DNA of 64,000 nucleotides. It comes from Candidatus Eiseniibacteriota bacterium (GTDB taxonomy: Bacteria > Eisenbacteria > RBG-16-71-46 > JABDJR01). Both the position numbers and the translations under genes were made by a program. The notes beneath the pieces were generated by a model that was not told where the DNA came from, ran no database searches, and was given only the letters and a program-made list of their open reading frames with translations. Where the stretch lies: assembly GCA_963783375.1 (NCBI GenBank), contig CAWANH010000003.1:128001-192000 (forward strand). The letters are read 5' to 3'. Positions 27,914 through 37,534 of the stretch are shown one piece after another. The stretch's first letter is position 1. Every line of letters starts with the position of its first letter.

Positions 27914-29278
27914 CTAGCGCCTCACCCGCTCCTCTTCCGAGGCCTCGGAGCCGGACCCCGAAGCTTCGGGTGGCTCCCCGGCGCCGTCCCCCGAAGCGGG
28001 CCGCACCGGCGGGTCGTTGATGAGATAGCGGAACTTGCGATCGAACTCCGCGGGCGGCATCCGTCCGATGGTGGCCAGGCGGGCCACCGACTTGGGATCC
28101 CCGAAGTCCGCGTCCTCGAGCCGGATCATGTAGTGGCGGGCGACCCGATAGGAGTCGCTGTCGATGTCCACCTCGCGGATCCGCGCCTTTCCGGTCTTCT
28201 CGTCCAGCATGTCGGCGAAGGAAATGGGAATCAACCGCCCCCGGTCGATGGTCACAATGGACCCGCTTCCGCCGGACAGGAGGTACATGACCGCGGCGTA
28301 ACCCAGATCCTGGGTGTACTCCAGGTCGAAGGGGATGGGGTCGGCGCACCGGAGTTCGTAGCCGATGTCCTTGTCGACGATGGTGACGTTGATGCCGCGC
28401 TCCTTGAGCCGGCGGCGCACCTCGTTCTTGAGCATCCGTCCCAGCTCGATCTCTCCGTACCGGATGTTCCCGTGGGAATCGCGTTCGATCTCGGCGTTCC
28501 GGGAAAGCTCCTCCGGATCCAGCCGCTCGGAGAGCCCTTCGGCCAGGACCGCGACCCCGTAGGGGCGCCCCATGGCCATGCGCTTGATCACCGAGCCCTC
28601 GAGGATGTCGGCCAGGGTGGCCAGGGAGATCTTCCGGTCGCGGAATTCCTCCCCGATCAGGGTGAGGGTGGCGCCCGCGGCCTTGCCGATCCCCAGGGCC
28701 AGGTGGCCGGCCTTCCGTCCCATGGAGACCAGGAAGTACCAGCGTGTGGTGGTCTGGGCGTCGACGATGATGGCCTGGGTGATTCCCACCCCGAAATGCC
28801 GCGCGGTCTCATAGCCGAAGGTGGGCATGTGGCCGGGGAGAGGAAGGTCGTTGTCGATGGTCTTGGGAACGTGCGCCACCTGGATCTGAGGCCCGCTCAG
28901 GCTGTCGATCATCATCGCGCTGGTGGCGGTGTCGTCGCCGCCGATGGTGACGAGGTAGTCCACTCCCAGCTCGCTCAGGGCATGCACGACGGCTTCCAGC
29001 TTTTCCTGGGCCTTGGTGGGATTGGCGCGGGAGGTCCGGAGATAGGAGCCGCCGTCGTAGTGGATGCGGGAAACGTCGTCGATGTGGAGCTCGGTATGGC
29101 GGCTGGAGTCCCCCTCCATGAGCCAGCTGAATCCGTCGTAGATACCGAGCACCTTGAGCCCGGAATTGATGGCCTGAATGGTCACCGATCGGATGACCCC
29201 GTTGATGCCGGGGGCGGGGCCGCCGCCCACCAGGATGGCCAGGGTCTTCCCACGATGGTCCGTGGAGTACTTGATCAC
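27914..29278 (-). CDS. pfp: Pyrophosphate-dependent 6-phosphofructokinase
   Basis: GGGPAPG, GGDDT and PKTIDND (the Asp/Lys pair diagnostic of PPi use), MGR, GYELR. Confidence 0.9.
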   Translation of the reverse strand: MIKYSTDHRGKTLAILVGGGPAPGINGVIRSVTIQAINSGLKVLGIYDGFSWLMEGDSSRHTELHIDDVSRIHYDGGSYLRTSRANPTKAQEKLEAVVHALSELGVDYLVTIGGDDTATSAMMIDSLSGPQIQVAHVPKTIDNDLPLPGHMPTFGYETARHFGVGITQAIIVDAQTTTRWYFLVSMGRKAGHLALGIGKAAGATLTLIGEEFRDRKISLATLADILEGSVIKRMAMGRPYGVAVLAEGLSERLDPEELSRNAEIERDSHGNIRYGEIELGRMLKNEVRRRLKERGINVTIVDKDIGYELRCADPIPFDLEYTQDLGYAAVMYLLSGGSGSIVTIDRGRLIPISFADMLDEKTGKARIREVDIDSDSYRVARHYMIRLEDADFGDPKSVARLATIGRMPPAEFDRKFRYLINDPPVRPASGDGAGEPPEASGSGSEASEEERVRR

Positions 29279-29648
29279 GCGCGCTCACCTCCAAAAAAGT
29301 CCGGGTTGGACCGGTCCATCCGGTCACTATAACCCAACCCGGTTCCTCCTGTGACTATCCCCCTGGGGGGTCGGCGGGCGGAGACGCTCCGCGGCTCGCC
29401 CCCCCTCTCCACGGTCCCGGCGCGGCATCCCAAGGCTCCGACGCCGCCTCCCACCCCCCGCCCCCCCCTTCTAGCGCCTACTCCCCCGGCATTGGGGTAT
29501 TCCCAAACCGTGCCCTAGGGTTGTAAGTTGGTATGGTGGCGAAGGAAGCGGCCCCGGGGATCGACGGCGTCAGGTGCCGCGGTCCCGGGTTTCCCGCCCA
29601 CCCAGACGAGGAGGTCTCTTGGCGGTTCCAGCAGTTTCCCCGTTGCAG

Positions 29649-30671
29649 ATGTTCGCGCGCACCGCCAACGAGACCGGGCTTCTCGGAGACGAGTTCCACA
29701 AGCGGAAGTCCCCAGCCCCCCTGGTGGCGGCCCTCGGGGGCATCCGGTGCGACCGGCTCGAGCAGGCCCACCTCGCCCTGGCCGCCCGCCTTCCCGACTA
29801 CTCCCCCGACTATCTCCTCCGGGCCCTCCAGGACAAGCACACCGTGGTGCGAACCTGGGGAGTCCGGGGCGCGCTCCAGATCGTCCCCACGGGCGAGTTG
29901 GGGATCTTCCTGGCCGCGGCCGGAGTCACCGCCCCCCGATGGCGGCGGTTTCTGGATACCCGCTCCAACCTCACCCCGGCGGCGCGGCTCCGGCTCCTCA
30001 AGCGCCTCTGTCCCCACGACATTTCCCGGGACGGGTTGCGAGAGGCCATCCCCGACGCGACCACCCGGCTGTTCATGCTGAGGGAAGCGGCCCAGGCCGG
30101 GCAGATCGTCTGGAAGGAAGGCGACGGCCAGCAGGTGGTGTTCGCCTGGGCGAAGGAGTACCTGGGAAAGGTGGTGGAGGCCGACCGTGACTACCACGCA
30201 CTGGTCGGACGCTACCTGTCTTCCTACGGCCCGTGTGAAGCGTCGGATCTGGCGGCGTGGCTGGGGGTCACGGTGGCCGCCGCGCGCCGCCTGATGGCCA
30301 AGCATCGGGTGGACGAGGTTCAGATCGAGGGCGACCCCCTCAACACCTTCATGAAGCCGAAAGACCTGGAAGAGCTGATCCACTTCCGGAAGAGCCGGAC
30401 CCGGGGTCTGGTGGTGATTCCGCCCGGGGATCCCCTGCTCTTCGCCTACAAGACCCGCTACCACCCGGAAGAGGTCGTCGGCGAGGACACCGGCCTGGTC
30501 TACCTCGACAGCCGCCCCACCGCGACCTGGACCCTTTCCCGAAACGAGGCCCGGGTGAACTTCCTGGACGAGACCGGCCACACCCGGATCCTGAAAGGGG
30601 TGGAAGGACTGCTCCGTCGGGCGGGGGTCACGGCCTCGGTGGAGGAGGCCGCGGCGATCACCGGGGACTAG
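29649..30671 (+). CDS. AlkZ/YcaQ-like (HTH_42) winged-helix protein, divergent
   Basis: LALAARL, VVRTWGVRGALQIV, YL.SYGP..SDLAAWLG; start codon uncertain. Confidence 0.65.
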   Translation: MFARTANETGLLGDEFHKRKSPAPLVAALGGIRCDRLEQAHLALAARLPDYSPDYLLRALQDKHTVVRTWGVRGALQIVPTGELGIFLAAAGVTAPRWRRFLDTRSNLTPAARLRLLKRLCPHDISRDGLREAIPDATTRLFMLREAAQAGQIVWKEGDGQQVVFAWAKEYLGKVVEADRDYHALVGRYLSSYGPCEASDLAAWLGVTVAAARRLMAKHRVDEVQIEGDPLNTFMKPKDLEELIHFRKSRTRGLVVIPPGDPLLFAYKTRYHPEEVVGEDTGLVYLDSRPTATWTLSRNEARVNFLDETGHTRILKGVEGLLRRAGVTASVEEAAAITGD

Positions 30672-30692
30672 CCCGGCTCCGCCTCGATCCGA

Positions 30693-31583
30693 ATGCCCCT
30701 CCTCGGCGAACTGGCCGCCCTGACCACCGCCGCATTCTGGGCCGCCGGTTCCATTCTCTTCACCCTCGCCGGACGGCGGACGGGCTCCTTCGCCCTCAAC
30801 CTCGCCCGGATCACCCTGGCCCTTCTCGCCCTGAGCCTGATCCTCCTGATCACCCGGGGTCTGGCCTGGGCGCCGGAGGCCGGCTCCCGGAACGTGGTGA
30901 TCCTCGCGGTCTCGGGGCTCATCGGGCTGACCCTGGGCGACTGGGCCTACTTCGGGTCGCTGGTGTTCGTCGGCCCGAGGCTGGCCACCCTGCTCATGAC
31001 CCTCGCTCCCCCCTTCGCCGCCCTGCTGGCCATCCCGCTCCTGGGAGAGGCCCTCCGGCCCGCGGCCTGGCTGGCCATGGCCCTCATCCTGGGCGGGGTG
31101 TTCTGGGTGGTGCTCGAGCGCTCGCCGACCCCCATCCCGCGGGGCTACCGGGTGCGGGGGGTGACCTTCGGGGTTCTGGGGGCTCTGGGTCAGGGGCTCG
31201 GCCTGGTGCTCTCGAAGGTGGGGATGAGCACCGTCGTCGATCCCCTTCCCGCCACCGCCATCCGCATGGCCGCGGCCACCGGGGGGGTGTGGGCGCTCGC
31301 CCTGGCCACCGGCAAGGTCCGTTCGCTCCCGGTCCTCCTGCGGGACCCCACGGCGCGGTGGGCCACGCTGGGGGCCACCTTTCTCGGACCGGTCTTCGGG
31401 GTGTGGCTCTCCCTGGTCGCGGTGCGGCTCACCAAGACCGGGATCGCCGCCACCCTGATGGCAACCACCCCGATCCTGGTGCTCCCGCTACTCATCTTCA
31501 TGCAGAAGGAGAAGGTGTCGCGGCGGGCGGCGGCGGGGGCGCTGGTGGCGGTGGCCGGGGTGGGAATGTTGTTCCTCCGGTAG
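30693..31583 (+). CDS. DMT/EamA family transporter
   Basis: About 10 TM, two EamA repeats (LLGE / KEKVS). Confidence 0.9.
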   Translation: MPLLGELAALTTAAFWAAGSILFTLAGRRTGSFALNLARITLALLALSLILLITRGLAWAPEAGSRNVVILAVSGLIGLTLGDWAYFGSLVFVGPRLATLLMTLAPPFAALLAIPLLGEALRPAAWLAMALILGGVFWVVLERSPTPIPRGYRVRGVTFGVLGALGQGLGLVLSKVGMSTVVDPLPATAIRMAAATGGVWALALATGKVRSLPVLLRDPTARWATLGATFLGPVFGVWLSLVAVRLTKTGIAATLMATTPILVLPLLIFMQKEKVSRRAAAGALVAVAGVGMLFLR

Positions 31584-31682
31584 GGAGGGCGGGTCGCCCG
31601 GCCCGGTTGCCGGCTTGCGGTGCTCGAACCGGCGCCGATCGCCCCCCTCCCCGAACCCCCCGGGTTGCGGTAGTCTGCCGCC

Positions 31683-33542
31683 ATGACCGGCGTCCTGATC
31701 CTTCTCGCGGCGGCGATCATCCTCGCCGGGCCGGCGGCCCTCGTGCTGGTGCTCGTCACCAAGCGGCAATCGGACGACGCGCGGAAGCGCCTGATCGAGC
31801 TCGAGCGGCGGCTCGCCTCCCCCGGAGCGGCCCCGGACGGGGCCTCGGGCATCCATCCGGCCGTCCCGGCGCGTCCGGCGGCCACGATGACCGGATCCCA
31901 GCCGCCCGTCGGCATCCCCCAGGCCGCTCGCTCGCCCCGACGGCCGGATCCGGAGAAAGCGCCCCTGCGCAAACCGGCCGCCTTTCCCGGCGATCTCGAG
32001 ACCGTGGTCGGGGGCCAGTGGCTCACCTGGATCGGGGTGCTGGCGATCTTCTTCGGCACCGCGTTCTTCCTGGCCTACGACCTCGGCGAGAGCCCCTTCG
32101 CCGGGGTGGGGCAGATCCTGACCGGGCTCGTGGTGGGAGCGCTCTTCATCGCCGTGGGGAGCGCCCTGGTCCGCCGCCGCACCCAGCGTTTCCTCGGACA
32201 GGGGCTTCTGGGCGGCGGGGTCGCGCTTCTCTACCTCGCCGCCTACGCGTCCTACGGGTTCCATCGCATGGTGCCCACCGGGGTGGTCTATCCGTTCCTC
32301 TTCGGGGTGGCGCTGGTCGGCGCGGCGGTGGCCATCATCCAGAACTCGCTCATGGTCGCCACCCTGACCCTGACCGGGGCGTTTCTCACCCCGTCGCTGC
32401 TCCCGGCGGCCGGCGACTCCACCCGCGCGCTCCTTCCCTACCTGGTGGCGGTGAACCTGGGGGCGGTCCTCATCGCCGCGCGCCGCCGGTGGCCGATCCT
32501 CCCTCTCGGCGCCTGGCTGGGCACGGCGATCCTGGTGGGAACCTGGTGGTCGGGGCCCGAGGCCCCGGGGCACCGCGGGGCGGCCCTCCTCTGGGTCGGG
32601 CTCATGTGGGCCCTGTACGCGATGGTCCCGGTGATGAGCCCGCCCCGGCGCGGGTTCTGGAGCACGGCCCGGGCGGTGGTGACCGTGGCCAACGGCCTCG
32701 CCTTCTCGGTGTTTCTCTACCGGCTGATGGCTCCCGGGTACGAGGCGTTCCGGGGGCTGGCCTTCGCGATCCTCGCCCTGGCCTACGTGGGCGCGGCGCG
32801 CGCGGTCGCGCTCCGGCGGGGCGGCCTCCCCGGAGTGAGGATGACCCACTACACCGGAATCGCCCTGGCCGTCCTCGCGGTTCCCATCCAGTTCGACCTC
32901 GCCTGGATCACCCTGGCCTGGGCGCTCATGGGCCTGGTGCTGGTGGCCGGGGGGTTCCAGACCCGGAGCCTCAGCCACCGGCTGATCGGTCTCGGGGTCT
33001 ACGCCCTGGCCGTCTTCCGGGTGCTGATTCTCGACACCGCCGAGTCCTTCCAGGCCCCGGCCCGCTTCCATCTGTTCCTGAACCCCGAGTTCCTGACCGG
33101 AGTGGCCGCGGTGGGGGTCCTGGCCCTCACCGCCTGGCTCTATTCCCGCCACGGCGACCGCCTGGAGCCCCGCGAGCGGGGACTCGTCACCTTCCTGGTC
33201 ATCGCCGCCGCCGCGCTCCTGCTCTGGCGGATCTCGACGGAATCGATGGTCTTCTTCAAGTCCCGGGAGGCGCTGGAGCACGTCCGGCTCGAGGTGCCGA
33301 TGCTTCTCACCCTCTCCCTCATCTGGGCGGTGTACGCCGGGCTCCTCATCGTCGCCGGCTTCCTCACCCGCTACCGGCCGATCCGCCTCCTCGGCGTGGT
33401 CGTCCTGGGCATCCTGATCGTCAAGGTCTTCGCCTTCGACATGCGGGCGCTGGAGCGCGGCTACCGCATCGCGTCCTTCGTGGCGGTGGGGCTCCTACTC
33501 CTGGCCATCTCCGTCCTGTACCAGCGGGAGCGGCGAACGTGA
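31683..33542 (+). CDS. DUF2339 family membrane protein
   Basis: LE..VGGQWLTWIG, many TM, C-terminal KVFAFDM..L..GYRIASF..GLLLL. Confidence 0.85.
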   Translation: MTGVLILLAAAIILAGPAALVLVLVTKRQSDDARKRLIELERRLASPGAAPDGASGIHPAVPARPAATMTGSQPPVGIPQAARSPRRPDPEKAPLRKPAAFPGDLETVVGGQWLTWIGVLAIFFGTAFFLAYDLGESPFAGVGQILTGLVVGALFIAVGSALVRRRTQRFLGQGLLGGGVALLYLAAYASYGFHRMVPTGVVYPFLFGVALVGAAVAIIQNSLMVATLTLTGAFLTPSLLPAAGDSTRALLPYLVAVNLGAVLIAARRRWPILPLGAWLGTAILVGTWWSGPEAPGHRGAALLWVGLMWALYAMVPVMSPPRRGFWSTARAVVTVANGLAFSVFLYRLMAPGYEAFRGLAFAILALAYVGAARAVALRRGGLPGVRMTHYTGIALAVLAVPIQFDLAWITLAWALMGLVLVAGGFQTRSLSHRLIGLGVYALAVFRVLILDTAESFQAPARFHLFLNPEFLTGVAAVGVLALTAWLYSRHGDRLEPRERGLVTFLVIAAAALLLWRISTESMVFFKSREALEHVRLEVPMLLTLSLIWAVYAGLLIVAGFLTRYRPIRLLGVVVLGILIVKVFAFDMRALERGYRIASFVAVGLLLLAISVLYQRERRT

Positions 33543-33589
33543 CGCCGCGGCTGGCGCGGGGAGGTGGGGGGCGCGGTGGGAGACCGGGT

Positions 33590-34843
33590 ATGCGTAGGCG
33601 CCGCGTTCCGGCGATCGCCGCGCTGCTGCTCCTGGTAGGCGCCGCCGCCGGCGCCGAGGTCTCGAAGGACCTGACCACCCTCCCCTACCGGCGGGCCGTC
33701 CTCCCCCCCAACCACGTCCCGGCCGGGGCCTGGCTCGCGGTGGTGGAGGACTCGCTCCTCGCCGCGCGGTCCTCGCCGGACTTCCACGACGTCCGGCTCA
33801 TGAACGCCGCCGGTCAATCGGTCCCCTTCGCCGTTCTCCCTCCCCGGCGCGAAGACCCGATCGACCTCCCGGTGCTGGCCCGGCTCCTCCCCAGGCAGCA
33901 CACGAGCGACACCGTCTTCCAGGTGGACATGGGGCCCGACTACCCCGAGACCCTCCTGGTCGAATTTCCCCGCCGTTCCGGCCAGGAAAGCGTGGCGATC
34001 CGGACCGGCCCCGACCGGGAGGGCACGGTGCGGCTCGAGCCCCTCCCCGAGGCCCTCGACCGCTCCCACCCGGTTCCGCCGGAGCCCGGCCTGGACGTCC
34101 GGGCCGGAATCGCCGCCGGGCGGTGGCTCCAGGTGGATTTCTTCTCGACCGGGAACTTCCTCCCCGGGGACAGCCTGCGGGTCTACCGCCGCGTGGAACG
34201 GGCCGCTCCCCGCCTGACCGTTCCCTTCCGCATCGCCTCCCGAGGCTTCGAGGGGCGCACCTGGCGTGCGGTCATCGAGCTCGAGAATCCGGCCGGCGCC
34301 GCGACCGCGGTCGTGATTCACCGGCGGAACGCCCTATCCCGGCCCCCGATGCGGGTCGAGGCCCGCCTGCCCGGCGGCGCGTGGCGCTTCGTCCCCCGGC
34401 TGGGTCAGGGGTCCCCGGGAAGGGAGGCGAACGCCGCGGACACGTTCGAGAGCCTGGAATTCCGGCCCCTCCGCACCGACGCGCTGCGCCTCACCGTGAG
34501 CGCGGCCGACCCGCCCAACCCACCGCTCACCGTGGAGGGGGTGCAAACCGTCCCCATGCGCTGGGCCTTCCCCGCGTCCGCGGCGACGGAGTCCCTCTGG
34601 GTCGCCTACGGCGACCCTTACCTGGGGGCGCAGGCCTGGTTCCTGGAGGACGCCGCGAACCGGGTACCCGGCTACACCGCCGCCGGCCTCGGTCCGGAGA
34701 CGGCGAACCCCCTCCTCCAACCGCCGGGGTTCGGGCTGGACTGGCTTCGCCGGCACCCGCCGGTTCTGGGGGTGGCCATGGTGATCGTCCTCGCCCTGGT
34801 GGCGCTCATCGTCTTCCGCGGCCGGACCGGGCCCGCGACGTAG
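33590..34843 (+). CDS. DUF3999-like exported protein with C-terminal TM anchor
   Basis: Signal peptide, DVRL.NAAGQSVPF, YGDP, C-terminal TM; follows DUF2339; GTG 33539 is an alternative start. Confidence 0.6.
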   Translation: MRRRRVPAIAALLLLVGAAAGAEVSKDLTTLPYRRAVLPPNHVPAGAWLAVVEDSLLAARSSPDFHDVRLMNAAGQSVPFAVLPPRREDPIDLPVLARLLPRQHTSDTVFQVDMGPDYPETLLVEFPRRSGQESVAIRTGPDREGTVRLEPLPEALDRSHPVPPEPGLDVRAGIAAGRWLQVDFFSTGNFLPGDSLRVYRRVERAAPRLTVPFRIASRGFEGRTWRAVIELENPAGAATAVVIHRRNALSRPPMRVEARLPGGAWRFVPRLGQGSPGREANAADTFESLEFRPLRTDALRLTVSAADPPNPPLTVEGVQTVPMRWAFPASAATESLWVAYGDPYLGAQAWFLEDAANRVPGYTAAGLGPETANPLLQPPGFGLDWLRRHPPVLGVAMVIVLALVALIVFRGRTGPAT

Positions 34844-34864
34844 CGCGGGACCTCCCAAGAGCGA

Positions 34865-34889
34865 GGGCCGCCCCCGGAAGGGGCGGCCC
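34865..34889. terminator. Hairpin between convergent genes
   Basis: GGGCCGCCCC-CGGAA-GGGGCGGCCC, no U tract. Confidence 0.45.
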
Positions 34890-34921
34890 CGTGAGACGTC
34901 CGGCGCGACCGGGTCCGCCGA

Positions 34922-36335
34922 TCAGGCCTTCGGCTTGATGTTCTGGTTCCGGCGGAACAGGTTCTGGGGATCGTACTTCGCCTTGATCTTCTGCAGGCGG
35001 TCGAAGTTTTCCCGATAGGTCCCGGCCACCCGGTCTTCGCCTTCCTCCATCAGGAAGTTCACGTAGGCCCCGCCCGCCGAGTGCGGATGCAGGTCCTCCC
35101 AGTAGTCCCGGACCCACTTGATCCGTTCCGGGTTGTGGGCCGGGTCCGGATCCGCGCACAACATCACGGTGGAGAAATTCACCTCCCGATAGCTGAAAGC
35201 GGTATCGGCCTTTCCCACCCGGCCCGGCGCCCCGTTGGTCGGATAGATGTGCATCAGGGAGTGGATATTCGGGACCGTGGGCCCGTGCTTCAGGTGCACG
35301 TCGACGGTGGCGTCGTCGATCTCGGTCTGGAACTCCCCTTTCCAGTAGTGCTGCATGCCGGGGGGCACCAGCCCGTCGAACGCGGCGTTGAGCTGGGGCA
35401 GGGTAGCCCAGTGGAGGACGTCGAGCGCGGGTTTGATCCGGGTCTGGAGCGGCTTCAGCGCCTTTTCGGCCTTCTCCTCGGGACCCGCGTAGCAGGCGAT
35501 GATGGCGGCCATGGGGACTCCATGGAGCTCGGTCGGAACGAACGGCGCCGGCGGACCCTGATGGAAGCCGAAGAAAGCTCCCACCTCCTCGGGGGCGTCG
35601 GCGATGAACTCCCGGTAGAAACGAAGCACGTCCCCCGCCTTGTCGATGGGGTAGAAGACCGGACCGCAGTAGATCTTGTGCACCGGGTGGGCGCGGAACT
35701 CGAACGCGGTGACCACGCCGAAGTTTCCACCGCCTCCCCGCAGCGCCCAGAAGAGATCGGGATTCTCCTTTTCGCTGGCGGTGACGAAGCCGGCCGTCGG
35801 CGGTCACCACGTCGGCCGAGATCAGGTTGTCGATGGTGAGACCGTACTTCCGGGTGAGGTGGCCGGTGCCTCCTCCCAGGGTGAGCCCGCCCACCCCGGT
35901 GGTCGAGATGATCCCGGCGGGAACCGCCAATCCGAACGCAGCGGTGGCATGGTCCACGTCGCCCCAGGTCGCCCCGCCGCCCACCCGGACGGTGCGAGCC
36001 GCAGGATCCACCCGGACGTTCTTCATCGGGGAGAGGTCGAGAACCAGACCCCCGTCGCAGGTGCCCAGACCGGCGACGTTGTGGCCTCCGCCCCGGACGG
36101 CGAGCAGAAGACCCTGCTCGCGGGCGAAGTTCACTCCGGCCATGACGTCGGCGACGTCCACGCACCGGGCCACCAGGGCGGGGTGACTATCGATCATCGC
36201 GTTGTAGACGCTGCGGGCGGTGTCGTAGTCCGGGTGGTCGGGGGTGACGAGAGCGCCGCGGAGACTCTGGGCCAGCGCCTCCGCCGCCGCCTTGTCGAGC
36301 GGCGTCTTGGAGTTCGGGGAACGGGGGTCAGACAT
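34922..36335 (-). CDS. FAD-binding oxidoreductase (BBE-like), single +1 frameshift near 35790
   Basis: [16 protein letters not shown] in one frame; [16 protein letters not shown] and [12 protein letters not shown] in another; one extra base in GGC CGG CTT. Confidence 0.85.
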
Positions 36336-36439
36336 CCTAGTATCTCCTCGGGGAATGGGATGCAGAGGATACGGTGTTCGATGGTCGCCTTGGGGTAGGT
36401 CCGCCGGGCCCGTGGGGTCGGACCGCCATGGACGGAACC

Positions 36440-37429
36440 TCAATCCTCGGAATCTACCAGTTCCGGGGAACCGGTCAAGGGCTCTTCCACCTGCACGACC
36501 GGGCGGGGGCGACGGTGGACCCGGAGCTCGAACACGTCGGGGCGGGCGTAGTGCCCGGCCACGTCGAGCTGGTAGCGGGGACCGGTCATCTGGACCGGGT
36601 CGACCTCGGCGATCAGCATCTCCTCGCGGCCGGAGACCGGTTCCACCAGGAATTTCCCGTCCGGGTTCACGATCGCGCTGTCCCCCTTGTTGATCCACTC
36701 CGCGCCCTGGGGCAGGAAGTCCTGCTTGAAGGGGTAGCGGTCGGGGACGTCGTCCCGGTGGACGGCGCTGCAGCAGCCCACCACGAAGACCCGTCCCTCC
36801 TTGGCGATGTGGCGAAGGGTGGAGATCCACGGCTCGCCCGAGTCCCAGGTCGGGGCCAGGTGAATCTGCGTTCCCCAGGCGTAGAGGGCGTAACGGGCCA
36901 GCGGCATGTAGTTCTCCCAGCACACGAGCCCGCTCACCCGGGCAAAGCCGAGATCGTGGACGGCCAGGGTGCTCCCGTCCCCCTGCGCGTGGATCATCCG
37001 CTCTCCGACGGTGGGGACCAGCTTCCGGTGGCGTCCCCGGATCTCTCCCTGCTCGTCGATCAGGAGGATGGTGTTGTAGAGCGAGGCCCCGCTGGCCTCG
37101 GTGTTCCGTTCGTTCACCCCGATCGCCACGTTGACCCGGGCCTTGCGGGCCGCCGCGCACAGCCGGTCCGTGGTCTCGTCGGGGATCGATACCGCGTTCG
37201 CCACCAGCTCCGCGTAGAGGGCCCGAAGGACGGGCGAGCGGCCGGCGGGGACGTACCAGATCCAAAAGGGATAGCTTGGAATAAACGCCTCGGGGAAGAG
37301 GGCCAGCCGCACCCCCTTCTTGCCGGCGTCCCCGATGAGATCGCAAGCCTTGTCGGTGGTGGCCTTCCGATCGAGAAAGACCGGGGTGGCCTGGACGGCG
37401 GCAACGAGAAACGGCTGGGCGTCGGGCAT
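36440..37429 (-). CDS. Nitrilase (carbon-nitrogen hydrolase)
   Basis: Catalytic triad FPEAF, HRKLVPT, CWEN; GHYARPD. Confidence 0.9.
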   Translation of the reverse strand: MPDAQPFLVAAVQATPVFLDRKATTDKACDLIGDAGKKGVRLALFPEAFIPSYPFWIWYVPAGRSPVLRALYAELVANAVSIPDETTDRLCAAARKARVNVAIGVNERNTEASGASLYNTILLIDEQGEIRGRHRKLVPTVGERMIHAQGDGSTLAVHDLGFARVSGLVCWENYMPLARYALYAWGTQIHLAPTWDSGEPWISTLRHIAKEGRVFVVGCCSAVHRDDVPDRYPFKQDFLPQGAEWINKGDSAIVNPDGKFLVEPVSGREEMLIAEVDPVQMTGPRYQLDVAGHYARPDVFELRVHRRPRPVVQVEEPLTGSPELVDSED

Positions 37430-37534
37430 GGGGACCTCCTCCCGGTCGTACCGGCGGGGCAATGTGAGCGCGGACGCCGCGGCGACCGGCGCGGGGCGAG
37501 CGCGCAGTATATCAGGGCAGCGTCCGGCTCCCCA

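Noticed and set aside
30257-33589. 1528-aa ORF and other long shadow ORFs (e.g. 9081-12137, 9406-11910, 40230-42482)
   Set aside because: Alternative-frame or antisense ORFs over clear genes, expected at high GC; only the 33590-34843 part is credible
35785-35795. Programmed ribosomal frameshift in the FAD oxidoreductase (also at 47292)
   Set aside because: No slippery heptamer or stimulatory structure; same single-base pattern as the other probable sequencing errors
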